64,000 nt of DNA from Macrostomum lignano (Eukaryota), in contig NIVC01002079.1 in the NCBI GenBank assembly GCA_002269645.1, positions 142,640 to 206,639 of the forward strand. Reading direction: 5' to 3'. Under the pieces are notes generated by a model, which was not told where the DNA came from, made no database searches, and saw only the letters and a list, made by a program, of their open reading frames with translations. Of the stretch, positions 1 to 11,819 are shown in pieces (the first letter of the stretch is position 1; each line of letters opens with the position of its first letter). The translations under genes and the position numbers were made by a program.

Positions 1-174
1 GCCGAGACGGTCCGAAGCCCCTGGCGACGTCGTCCCGCGGCTCCTTCCTGCCGTCCGCCGCCGGCTCTGCAGACTTGGCCGCCTGCTGGGTCTCCGCTGC
101 GTTGCCAGGCGGCCACCCGCGCTGCCTTTGCGTTGAAGACGCCGCGGGAGACGCCGCCTCCTCTTTGGTGCGTT
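1..174 (-). CDS. EIF4ENIF1: eIF4E-transporter (4E-T/Cup-like), exon 2 (continues beyond the left edge of the window)
   Basis: Minus-strand acceptor cctgtctaactcgtag| with a CTAAC branch-like site. A phase-1 join to exon 1 gives VRN-E-RTKEEAASP..., open to the window edge, and resembles 4E-T 'PRERVKED'. Confidence 0.7.
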
Positions 175-1406
175 CTACGAGTTAGACAGGTGGTATTTGA
201 GATTGTTTGAAATTTTATCAAACTTTTTACGACTCGTGGTGCTGTTTTGGCCTCGGGAGACACTATCCCACTAATACTCGTAGGATGCCATAATATTTAA
301 CTTCTTATAATACACTTGCTCAACACGCATCCGATTACTTTCGCGTGCACTGCATCATTAGGAAGCTAAACCATGCATAACCAAGTAAATTATATCATTT
401 TTTGGATCTACATGTACATGTGGGCTCGTGAAAAATAGAAAACGAAGGCTGTCGTGCATGGTCAGGGTAACACAAAGTGTATATGGCCATAAACAAAGCT
501 TTGAAAGCTTTGGCTGCTGAGCGATAAAACTGTCTATGGCATGTAGTTCTGCCTTCGACTTTGGCTTCCCGTCATCAGTCATCTAAAAACACTTCCGGGC
601 CATAGACAGTTTTAATCACGGGCCTCATTTGCTATTCAGTCTCTTCAAGTTGGTCTAAACACGAAGTCCAGTTATTTCGTTTGCACTCCATATGTATTGT
701 TTGCATTTTTGCGTGTTAAAAACCACCCGCAGTTTTTCTTTCTTAATTTTTGTGATTTGTACTTTGCTCAATTTATCTATTAGTAGTCATCAGCTGACCT
801 AAACCCTAGCCTAGCTATCGCACTATCTATAAGCAACAGCATTACCCTTTTGTACCCTCCAAGTCGCATGGTGGTATGAGTCAGCATGTCACATGACTGG
901 TGCCAAAGGGCAGTCTGATTGGCCCAGCCAACATAATAAATTAGCGATGGAAAAATCAATATCGGACTCACCCTCTGCCAACTATTATTAACCAAACGGG
1001 GTGTACACTAAGTCCAAAAAAATGTCAGAACGGCCGCCGACCACCCCACTTCTCGATTTGCAATTAACTAGTTGAATTAATTTCACAACGCCTAGTAGCT
1101 TATAATTTATATGTCTTAAATCGTTGTCACACAAACAACACTGCACGTAATAATGCATGAATGTGGAGTGCAAGCATTAGAATGGTCACTTCAACCAAGA
1201 AAAACAAAATAACTCACTTCTTCGTCTCGATGACCTTCCAAACGACTGGCTGTCTTCGGCGCTGGGCCCGCTGCTGTAAGATGGCTGCACCATGGCGGCA
1301 CCACGAACTGAAATTTCAGTTTGGTGCGATGATGATCAGCGAGTTGCAGCATCAACATAGTATTAATTATCAGGCAAGATGGAAGGAAAATGGCACAAAG
1401 TCTCAC

Positions 1407-1791
1407 CGTTCCTGACTCGCTCAATCTTCGTCTTGCCATCGAAGGCGCTCTTCCGCTCTCCTTCGAAGAGTTTCACCGGGTCCCACAGACCTCCGTCGCC
1501 CACGTACGCTCTGTTCAGAGCCCTGGGCCAGGCTGATGACAGGCGGGAGTCGCGCATCTGCAGGAGCGTGTCCCGGTTGTAGCGGATCAGCTGTCGCTGC
1601 TGCTGTCTCTGACCAGCTTCGTGCTGGTGACGCTTGCTCCCAGCACGGGGACCGCGAGGCTTCTTGCCTTGGCTTGTCTTGTCCTCCGTCTTGGCGCAGT
1701 TGTTGCTACCCGAGGCTGCGCTGGACAGCGAGGGCTGCGTGCTGTTGCTGCTGCTTGCATCCTTCTGCTGCTGATTGTTAGTGCTGCTCAT
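1407..1791 (-). CDS. EIF4ENIF1: eIF4E-transporter (4E-T/Cup-like), exon 1
   Basis: RYNRDTLLQM is a canonical YxxxxL-phi eIF4E-binding motif, followed by DGGLWDPVKLF (4E-T: RYTKEELLDI...DSDGVWDPEKW). Donor AACG|GTGAGA after 1407, phase 1. Confidence 0.8.
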
Positions 1792-3240
1792 TCTGAACGG
1801 TTATATGATGGTTTAGATGTTGGACGGACAGAGAATATGTTTACAAAAATGAAAATACTAGTTAAGTTAATTGCTCTCGCGCGTTTGTCTAGAAATAGGA
1901 TTGAACTTAAATATTTTAAGAGTTTCTATGAGATTCTGAGTATCGAAGAGTTCTCCATATACTTAGCCAGTAAACGCTACAGCGCAATGTCTCCAAGATT
2001 CTTCAGAGGTGTTGAAGGTATGGATGAAGTGCTAAATTATCAAGAGATTAAATTAGAAACAATAAGATGCATTTTGAAAACCCATGTCGAACATTTTAAA
2101 TGGAGAATACTTCCAGCACCCGAATATCGTCATCGGTAGTCCATCAGTAGTGTGGACTATACTAATAAGCAGTCGAAACATGGTTTTGTTTAATTCTATT
2201 GATTACAAAAAGAAACTGTTCCCGTGCTATGAACTAGTAAAAATTGAATGAGTAGACAAATGCAACACAAAAATCAATTACCTTGATGGCTTTAAGACTT
2301 GAACTCCCTGGAAGAAATAAAAGGCCCATAAGTTCTAACTGATGCACGAAGCTAAGAATTAATTTTAAAAGGATATTTTATATGTACAGTGAAAATTAAG
2401 TGCAAAGAAAATTTTTCTGCTTTATTATAAAGTAGTTCTGATCATAAAACACTAGTTTTTTTACTAATAATTGGGAATAAAAATAGTTTTAACAGAAAGC
2501 TGTGTTTCACTTGTTAAACACCGTAAAATAATAGACTAAAGAATCCCAGAAGCAGTTTATGCTGTTTAAATGTGATTAAATTTGTAAAAACGAATGCTGC
2601 ATGCAAACTCTGCTAAAGTACTTTTTAGTTGTTTTATTTGTTGTTATGTCTCTAGAGTTACCTAAATGATGGAAAAAGCTTATAAGCGCGAAGTCTATTT
2701 CTGTTTTTTATTATCAACGTTTTTTATATATTTGTTTCGAAAATTGTAATTCGTAGAAATAGGCGGAATTCAATGAAGAAAAGCGCAATGTTAGCATAGC
2801 TTGATAGCTTGCCTTGCCCCTGAGTCAATTTAATATTATTTTATTTATTTACATTTGCAGGCTACTATTTAATTATTTGTAGGTCTTATTTTATGCATAA
2901 ATTAACGTAAATCATAAGCCTGGTAGTCTATTAGTTTAATATGCATCGTGATCGTGTATGACAATAATATTAGGCTACTTCTGTCACATGTGATGATCAT
3001 GTGTAGATGTGCTAATTCAATGCATTTATTTCTTTCTTATTAGGCCTAACAATAACATTGACAAAGCAAAATATGATATATATATATAAAACTTAAAAGT
3101 TGAAACATCTAGGCCTAAGGCTGAGTCTTTAGGCTAATCCTTTTTATTTTATCAATTAAGACCTATGGGCTATGACATTAACTGTCATTCAAAATTACAA
3201 AACTGAATTCATAATATTGTTATGTATATAAGTAGAAAGT

Positions 3241-3915
3241 GCTTATCCCCATAGTCCCTTGCCAATAATTCCAATTTTATCCACACAGATCCATGCCAAT
3301 AATTTCCAGCTTATCCCCACAATAGCTTATTGAAATATAGCTGCTACCATTCAAGTCTATATAGGCCATGTCAATAATTCCAAGTTTATCCACACAGATC
3401 CATGTCAATAATTTTTAGCTTATCCCCATGGCTAAGATTGTGCAGTTGTTTGTGTTTAGTTTTGTGTACTGATTTTAAAGTAATATTGTCATTATTATTA
3501 ATATTATCATTACTATTAGTATTATATTTTGAATTTTAAATTTTGCAAGTCTTGTTTGCCTCAATCTTTGGGTCGTTTGATCGTTCTAAGCAAAGCTGGC
3601 AGCTAAGCAAATATTTTAAATTAACCCTTTTAATGATGAAAAAGTTTTAACAAAGTAGTCAATATTATTTAGAATTAATTACATGTAGTTTGTAGTTTAT
3701 TTTAAAGTTTTGTAAAACAGTGAAAACAAAAAGATGGTTTTTGAACAGATTCATTTTAAGGTTCTTTATTCTAATAAGCAGCTCTACTATGGGGATAAGC
3801 TAGAAATTATCGATATGGATCTGTATGGATAAAATTGGAATTATTGACATGGCCTATAGACTTGAATAGTGGCAGTTATTTCAATAAGCTGCCATGGAGA
3901 TTAGCTGGCAATTTA
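3241..3915. repeat. Inverted repeat pair (about 130-bp arms) with an internal direct duplication
   Basis: 3301-3430 matches the reverse complement of 3788-3915. An approximately 58-bp unit occurs at 3261 and 3370. Confidence 0.75.
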
Positions 3916-6540
3916 AATTAACTTTTAATAATAAAAAAAGCAATAGTTAGTATACCATGCTATGCTATAATCATTGTACAATGATTCTCTAGGGACACTA
4001 AAACTAGATAGCTAGAAACAATGATAAAGGAGGTCCCTATCTTGTTTCTAACATTCTAGGGTCTCTGTATTGATACTAATAGAAAAGTATTAGATTAGAC
4101 TATTGACTGACAATTTGTCTTTGACTTTGGGTCATATTAGTATATCTAAGTCTTTTTGCCTCCAACAATGTCAACTAGTTTCCTTGATGTTTTCTTTACA
4201 ATTTTTTAGCATTTTTTTATACTAGTCTATCTTAACCAATCTTTGCTCATGTGATCGCAAATATAGTACTTATTGAGTATATAGATTCCAAAGACTTAGA
4301 TAGGCCCTATTGCAATCTACAACCCCAAAGATTCTAGGTCCCAGGCAGTCTAGTACTACATGCATAGCATGCATCAAGGAGTTAGAAAAGTTTTTTGGCA
4401 ATCTTTGCACAGCAATAATATGGCATATAAAAAGTAAAAAAATGCATAGCACCATAGTTAAAGCTATATAATAGCTGAACCACAGAAATTTTTAGTCCTT
4501 TTATAAAAATATATATGATACTTGTCACTTTTGAAGTGAGTATTATATATTATGGTAAGAAAAATATAGAAAAAGAAAAAAAGCAAAAAAATATATTTAG
4601 GTTGCAACAAAAGAAGCATTTCTAAAAGCATTGTATATTTGCAGTCTCAAAAAATAAAAAAATTGTTACAATGCAAAAAGGTCCTTTATTGTTGCAACAC
4701 AAAAAAGTCCTTTATTCCTTTGTTGTCACAATGCCCCAACTTGCAACCCTCATTTTAGTCCATCAATACACTTAGTGGATTTGATCCCACCCTCCCATAT
4801 ACAATGTGCAAAGCAAAAAGTTATTGTATGCACAGTGCATAGGGTTACAATTGTTATACATAGTTAATTAAGATAGAAACTCATTGGGAAAGGGTGTTGC
4901 AAGCTGAGAAAAAATTTTGCTAGTTTTAGGTTGCACTTGAAATCAGGTAGTGAATAATTATAAGAAAATTGCAATTTTTAAGCCTCATGACTTTTAGCAT
5001 AGGGTTTGTGCTAATTAGACTCTAAATTAGAGTTGGCTAAGTAGATAGCAACAAGACTTAACATGTATTTCTGATAATAATTTAGTTTATAGGTTAAAGT
5101 TGATAAACAAAAAGTTTTATTTAGATTTCTTTTCTATTCTTAAGACTTTTATGGCATTTATAAGTCGTATGCTTTGTTACCCTTTTATATTTTGATAAAT
5201 TTAGTAAATTTCATTAGACTAATCTAAATATTTGCTAGGCATATAGATATTTATAATATAGTTAGCATTTAATATGCATATAATATACTATGCATATAAG
5301 ACTTTTGGTTTATGTATTGCATAGGGATAGTTAGATTATATTTGCAATATATGAATCAATAGACCAAATTGATAGGCAGGTCTAGTGGATAAAATTGGAA
5401 AGAATCATATAATTTCAATATTAGTTTTTTATTATATATTTGCAATTGATAGATCATATTATTATCATTGTCATCAAAACTTACTGAACTAAGCAAGTTT
5501 TAAAAATTCCTATATAGTACTATGGCATTAGTAGTAATATATGAGTATATAGTTACATGCCAAAAAATCTAGGTCTGATCTTTAAATCTTCCTAGATAAA
5601 ATTAAACAAGTCTAATTATAATTATATACAAATTCAATCAAAGCTATATTGATTAGCTATATTGCTTATTTAAATATATATAACAATTTTTCTTAAATTT
5701 CAAGTCAACATATATATCTTATAATGTAATATATTTTTTCTTTTGTATAGAGTCTATATTTTTAACAATTTATGTCTTTGAGCAAGACATTTAATTATAC
5801 ATTGCTTTAGTTTATTTAGCTATAAAATAGATATTAATATTAGCTAGGATAATTGAAGATACATGTGGTAACCCCCTAGTCCTTGGACTAAATAGCCATA
5901 TATAGGTTTTAGATACACTATAATAATTGCAGCAATGCTATCAGTTGCATATCTAGTCATTAGGATAGTTATAATCAATTAATTTTTCCATTCTTTGTTT
6001 TTTCTTCTTTTATTCATTTTTATATTTCTGTCCTCTGCAACCACTTAATTTTTTATGCTCTTCTAAGTTAATTGCAAACAATAAAAATAGATTGTTTGTC
6101 TATAATGACTTTTCTCTCATGACAATCTAATATTGAGTATAAAAGTTCAAGGATTAGAATCCTAAATGAATAGTAGCAATTAAAATTAATGCATTTAAAA
6201 AGATTGTACATTGCAACTTTTGAGTATTCAAAGTCTATTAGATAAAAGTAGACTATAGGCACACAATGGACACATTGATTTTAACCTTTTTTCATTAGGG
6301 TTAATCCCTACTTATAGCAATAATTTACATTGCTATAAGCAATAACTTTGCAAATGGGAAAATTTCTGCTTAGTTGCAAGGATGTTGATCAAATGATATG
6401 CTTTAATATATAACTATAATCTTGACCTTTTTAATAAAAAATGTAATGTTTAATAAATTTTGAAAAATCAGAACTACTACTAGTATAGGAAAATGAAACA
6501 TTGTGAATCAAGTGAGAGCATGTAGTGTTAGCATACATGC

Positions 6541-6692
6541 GCAACCTTGGGAATCACTCAGTCATTTCTATTGGCAACACACACATGTAAGTTGCTATTG
6601 GCTGAGAGCAGTCACGTGACTACTATTCCATCCAATAGCAACTTACATGTGTGTGTTGCCAATAGAAATGGCCAGGTGAATCCCTAGGTTGC
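6541..6692. repeat. 152-bp palindrome/hairpin
   Basis: 61-bp arms with a perfect 39-bp stem (6563-6601 / 6632-6670). The loop contains AGTCACGTGACT. Confidence 0.9.
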
Positions 6693-7261
6693 GCCCAAGC
6701 ATGAGTGTTAGAGTTTAAGCATTTGATAATTTAAAATTTATACAAAAAAGACAATCATTACATTTATGAATAATATAAGCAAAACAAATCTGAATTGAGT
6801 GTGGCACCATTATAGTTAAAATTAAATATTGCCCTAATTTGAGTTTCTTTTAAGCCCACCTTTAGCCATTAATAATACTATAGTTAAAGTATGGAATTCT
6901 ACAGTTTTAAATCTAATTTCTAACCTATATATAAAAGGTAGGTTTCATATAAAGATTCTCTTTTATCTATGCTATGCCAAGCTTGGCAGTGGATAAAAAC
7001 TATCAGAGCTAGTTGAATAAATAAATGTTGCTTTTTACGCTCATACTACTGAACAGAGAGTAGTTTTGTTATAAATATAGTTAAGTGAACCATTCAGCGT
7101 ACTTTGTATCTGTGCCAGTAACCAGTGGCTTGATGAAATTGCCCCCGCTCCCAGTTGGTACTTGCTAGCTAATTGTTTCGTCTATGGGCAGAAGTGCAAG
7201 TTATCTCTAAAGCCAACTATGCAATGCTTATTTATCTATCTGAGCCCGTGTCAATCTTCAG

Positions 7262-7556
7262 TCTGATGCTATCTCCGTTCAGCGGCGTCAGTCCGCACTT
7301 GTGGAAGACGATAACCGGACAGAAGCCGATTCCGGGTGTCCGAAAGCGGACGACCCAGTGTCCGAGACTGTCCGAGCTGACTCGGAGGAGTCGTGTTTAG
7401 TTGAAGGCGAAGAACTATCTAGCGAGTCGAGACAGCAGCAGTTTGCTAATCCACTGTTCGATTCGGATAGCGAGGGCGAAGATTCCGGCGGATTGGACGA
7501 GTTCGACGAGGAGATTCGAGCTGCTGTTGCTGCCGCCGCTGATCAGCCTGCTGAAG
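7262..7556 (+). CDS. Probable internal exon of an unidentified gene (acidic, SDAISVQRRQ...LFDSDSEGED...DQPAE)
   Basis: GC-rich open frame after acceptor atcttcag|, strong donor GAAG|GTGAGC at 7557, followed by a minisatellite-filled intron like other genes here. The upstream exon was not found and no family was recognised. Confidence 0.5.
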
Positions 7557-7559
7557 GTG

Positions 7560-8779
7560 AGCTGTCCTAATCCCATGGGGTGGGGGCTGAAAGTGATCTG
7601 TCTTTTTTAATCCCATGGGGTGGCTGTCCTAATCCCATGAGTGGCTGTCCTAATCCCATGGGGTGGCTGTCCTAATCCCATGGGGTGGGGGCTGAAAGTG
7701 ATCTGTCTTTTTTAATCCCATGGGGTGGCTGTCCTAATCCCATGAGTGGCTGTCCTAATCCCATGGGGTGGCTGTCCTAATCCCATGGGGTGGGGGCTGA
7801 AAGTGATCTGTCTTTTTTAATCCCATGGGGTGGCTGTCCTAATCCCATGGGGTAGGGGCTGAAAGTGATCTGTCTTTTTTAATCCCATGGGGTGGCTGTC
7901 CTAATCCAATCGGATGGCTGCCTTAATCCAATCGGATGGCTGTCTTAATCCCATAGGGTGGCTGTCTTAATCCAATCGGATGGCTGTCTTAATCCCATAG
8001 GGTGGCTGTCTTAATCCCATAGGGTGGCTGTCTTAATCCCATAGGGTGGCTGTCTTAATCCCATCGGGTGGCTGTCTTAATCCCATGGGGTGGCTGTCTT
8101 AATCCCATGGGGTGGCTGTCTTAATCCCATGGGGGTGGCTGTCTTAATCCCATAGGGTGGCTGTCTTAATCCCATGGGGGTGGCTGTCTTAATCCCATCG
8201 GGTGGCTGTCTTAATCCCATGGGGTGGCTGTCTTAATCCCATGGGGTGGCTGTCTTAATCCCATGGGGGTGGCTGTCTTAATCCCATAGGGTGGCTGTCT
8301 TAATCCCATAGGGTGGCTGTCTTAATCCCATAGGGTGGCTGTCTTAATCCCATAGGGTGGCTGTCTTAATCCCATCGGGTGGCTGTCTTAATCCCATGGG
8401 GTGGCTTTCTTAATCCCATGGGGTGGCTGTCTTAATCCCATGGGGGTGGCTGTCTTAATCCCATGGGGGTGGCTGTCTTAATCCCATAGGGTGGCTGTCT
8501 TAATCCCATGGGGGTGGCTGTCTTAATCCCATCGGGTGGCTGTCTTAATCCCATGGGGTGGCTGTCTTAATCCCATGGGGTGGCTGTCTTAATCCCATGG
8601 GGGTGGCTGTCTTAATCCCATAGGGTGGCTGTCTTAATCCCATAGGGTGGCTGTCTTAATCCCATCGGGTGGCTGTCTTAATCCCATGAGGGTGGCTGTC
8701 TTAATCCCACGGGGGTGGCTGTTTTGATCCCATAGGATGGCTGTCTTAATCCCACGGGGTGGCTGTTTTGATCCCATGG
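7560..8779. repeat. Intronic 22/23-bp minisatellite (TAATCCCATGGGGTGGCTGTCT)
   Basis: About 50 units; the first part is a 105-bp higher-order repeat. Confidence 0.95.
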
Positions 8780-8801
8780 AGAGCAGCTTGTGTGTGCTCA
8801 G

Positions 8802-8971
8802 CAGTCAGCGGAATGGGCAGAATCGCTTCAGCGCTGGTCGTGAGGAATGTCGCCAAAGGCGTTGCGCCAGGGTGCGCGCAGCCTTCCCCCGAATATTTAA
8901 TATTTGACTCCCACAATTCCAAGTGTCGCAAGTTCAAATCCCTGTATTACCTGAACTCGTACTGTCTATAA
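8802..8971 (+). CDS. Possible terminal exon of the same unidentified gene
   Basis: A cluster of acceptors (ctcag|cag|tcag|) follows the minisatellite. Phase-compatible frames end at 8971, or at about 8843 if the third AG is used. Ambiguous. Confidence 0.3.
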
Positions 8972-9170
8972 TTTAGATTGCAATCCACCATCAAGTCTGC
9001 CCGGAGAATCGGACCCAGCTTTCGATAGCAAAGTTGTTAGTACCAAGCACGCAGACGCTCCAGCGGCCTCCGTTGCCTGCACTCAATACAGAGTGGATTC
9101 GGGAGCAGTGGACCAGGCGGCGGTGGATCGCAGCGGTTCGCCGCTGTACCGCCACCCGAATCACCGGGAG

Positions 9171-9365
9171 ATGCTGTCGGCCATAGAGCTTGAGCTGGCT
9201 AACAATGACGAGCGAAACCTATGGCAGGACGCTTATAGACGATTGAGCCTGGCCTCGGGTTCGGACGGAGCTTCGTCTGCTCCGCTGAGCACGGCGGCTG
9301 CCAGGCATCCGGATAATCGGCTGCTCAACCGGTACCGCGACGTGCTGCCCTACGACCATAGCCGG
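9171..9365 (+). CDS. PTPN1: Non-receptor protein tyrosine phosphatase PTP1B/TC-PTP-like, exon 1
   Basis: MLSAIELEL...WQDAY aligns to the PTP1B N-terminus; pTyr-recognition loop NRYRDVLPYDHSR. Donor CGG|GTAAAA, phase 0. ATG at 9171 is preferred over the GTG start in the ORF track. Confidence 0.9.
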
Positions 9366-9469
9366 GTAAAACTGGCTTCAATATATTCTTGAATGCTGGC
9401 AATGATCTTGAATCCCCAGAATTGACTGCTTATGAATTAGATAATTTGATCAATCCTGACTGATCCCCG

Positions 9470-10050
9470 ACTTCCATAAGTCCCCAAATTATTTCCAAAT
9501 CCCATAATTCCCCAACAAGAACAGAACAACATAAATCCCCAAATTAATCCCAAATCCCATAAATCCCCGACAACAACAGAACAACATAAATCCCCAAATT
9601 ATTCCCAAATCCCATAAATCCCCAAATGATCCCTAAATCCCATTAATCCCCGAATGACCCCCAAATCCCATTAATCCCCAAATCCCCCAAATCCTCAAAT
9701 GACCCCCAAATTTCATAAATCCCCAAATGATCCTCGGATCCCATCTACCAAAAGAGCTTCACATTCATAATCCCTAAATAATACCCACATCATCTAATCT
9801 CCCAAATGATTCCAATTCCAGAATCCCCCAAATTATCCCAATTTCATAATCCCCCAAATTATCTCAAATACCATAGTCTCCCAAATTTTCTAAATTATCC
9901 ACAAATCCGATAATCCCCAAATGATCCCCACATCCGATTATCCCCGCATCCCATGATTTCCTAAATGATCCCTAAATCCCATAATCTCACAAATTATCCA
10001 AAAATCCCATCATTTCCCTAATGATCTCCAAAATCTATAATGTCCTAAAT
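9470..10050. repeat. Degenerate AAATCCC/CCCCAAAT-rich repeat in the PTP intron
   Basis: Recurrent aaatcccataaatcccc-like units; G nearly absent on the + strand. Confidence 0.8.
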
Positions 10051-10066
10051 GATATTTACTCTGTAG

Positions 10067-11248
10067 GTGCGGCTCTCCCCGATCAGCCGGTCGCACGCCA
10101 GCAGCCTGGGCCTGAGCGGGGATTACATCAATGCCAGCATAGTTCGAGCCGAGCACGCCGGCCGGGTGTTCGCCATGGCCCAGGGCCCTCTGCCGGCCAC
10201 GGTCGGCCACTTCTGGCTGATGGTGTGGCAGCTGCGCAGTCGCGGAGTCGTCATGCTCAATCGAGTATTTGAAAAAGGCGCCCTCAAATGTCATCCGTAT
10301 TTTCCGGACGAGCGAACGAAACGAGTCGATTGTCCGGACGTTGGCCTGCGAGTCGAGCTGGTCTCTTCCGAATCATTAGGCTATTACATTGTTCGCGGCT
10401 TCCGGTTGTCGTTGCTAAGCAATAAAACCAGCGATCCGGAGCCGGCGTCCGCAGTTCGAGACCTGCTGCACTATCAGTACTTGACTTGGCCGGATTTCGG
10501 GGTGCCGCAGACTCCGGGCGCTTTCCTGAACTTCCTGATGGCTGTCCGCCGTTCGGGCCTCCTGTCTGACCCGGACAGGCCGCCGGTTGTCCACTGCTCG
10601 GCCGGGATTGGCCGGACAGGCAGCCTGGCCGTCATAGACGTCTGCCTGGCTTTGATCGCCCGTCGTGGCAGCCTCTACGGAGTTGACCTGCCCGGCGAGA
10701 TCCGGCGCCTCCGCCGCGACCGCATGGGCCTGGTGCAGACGCCGGACCAGCTGCGGTTCTGCTACCAGGCCGTTGTCATGGGCGGCCGGGCGATACTGGC
10801 TAACGGAGTCGATCGGGCCGACAGTTTGTCGTTTAGCATCGACGAGGCCGACAGGCGACAATTCGGCATGGCTAATAACAGCTTCGCCGAGGCCGGCGAC
10901 TCTGATGACGAATCTTCTTCTAGTAGCAGCGGCGGCAGCAATCATTCTTCAGCAATAAACGATAACGCTTATAGTCTGTTGCGGGGTAACCTGGACAGGC
11001 AGAGGACCACCTGGCTGAGCTGCCAGCACAGGCTTAGCGGCGGTGGCGGCGGCGGCGTTCCATTTCCGCTGTACAATGAGGAAGACGAAGCTGCCGACGA
11101 CAAGAGGGCAGCAGCTGCGGGCGTCGATGCTGCTGAAGCCGCCTTCAAGCCGATTCCAACGCCTGTCGTTCGTCTGCGCGACCTGGCCTGGATCTCGCTG
11201 CTGACTGCCCTGGGCGCCTACCTGGTTTATCAGATGGGAGCAGCTTGA
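10067..11248 (+). CDS. PTPN1: PTP1B/TC-PTP-like, exon 2 (catalytic domain plus C-terminal membrane anchor); protein about 458 aa
   Basis: Acceptor ctctgtag|. Motifs DYINAS, QGPL, WPDFGVP (WPD loop), VHCSAGIGRTG (active site) and QTPDQLRF (Q loop). Hydrophobic tail WISLLTALGAYLVY resembles PTP1B LTAGAYLCY. Confidence 0.95.
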   Translation: MRLSPISRSHASSLGLSGDYINASIVRAEHAGRVFAMAQGPLPATVGHFWLMVWQLRSRGVVMLNRVFEKGALKCHPYFPDERTKRVDCPDVGLRVELVSSESLGYYIVRGFRLSLLSNKTSDPEPASAVRDLLHYQYLTWPDFGVPQTPGAFLNFLMAVRRSGLLSDPDRPPVVHCSAGIGRTGSLAVIDVCLALIARRGSLYGVDLPGEIRRLRRDRMGLVQTPDQLRFCYQAVVMGGRAILANGVDRADSLSFSIDEADRRQFGMANNSFAEAGDSDDESSSSSSGGSNHSSAINDNAYSLLRGNLDRQRTTWLSCQHRLSGGGGGGVPFPLYNEEDEAADDKRAAAAGVDAAEAAFKPIPTPVVRLRDLAWISLLTALGAYLVYQMGAA

Positions 11249-11494
11249 CTCTCTGCCAGCTGGTCGCTTTCACTCATTTTGAACATGTATCATTTTTTCG
11301 TTGATTTATAATATCAACTCGAGGTGTGCGCGCGTCTGTGTATGACTTTTTCCTCGGATCAAAAGATACTTGCATGTTTTTCAATGTTCTGTATGATAAA
11401 TATAAGCGAAAGTAGCCATAGAAACAACTCGATAAATTTATTGATTATTATTTCAGAATTTTAAGATGTGGGGACTTTAACCTTGCCTTGTGTG

Positions 11495-11635
11495 GTTGCT
11501 ATGCGGTATTACGGTTACTATGCGGTTGCTATGCGGTTGCTATGCGGTTGCTACGCTGTTGCTATGCGGTTGCTACGCGGTTGCTACGCTGTTGCAATGC
11601 GGTTGCTATGCGGTTGCTACGCAGTTGCTATGCAA
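11495..11635. repeat. 11-bp tandem repeat (GTTGCTATGCG)
   Basis: About 12 imperfect copies. Confidence 0.9.
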
Positions 11636-11819
11636 TTAAAATCTGTAATAAAATATTCTATGGCTTGGATGATGAGCTGGAATTTTATTAGACGGTGTAC
11701 GGCAAATCTCTGATATTAATGCCTGTCTTTTCTATGGTCTAAATACAATCTCTGCTTGGAATAATCATATTTATTATTGCTGTAATTTTAATTTTAATTT
11801 CCTTTCTGGTCATCCGCAG

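Noticed and set aside
4270-4455. Short hydrophobic ORF vaguely like a GPCR TM3 segment
   Set aside because: Only 61 aa, no other helices or splice support, and it lies in the eroded AT-rich domain.
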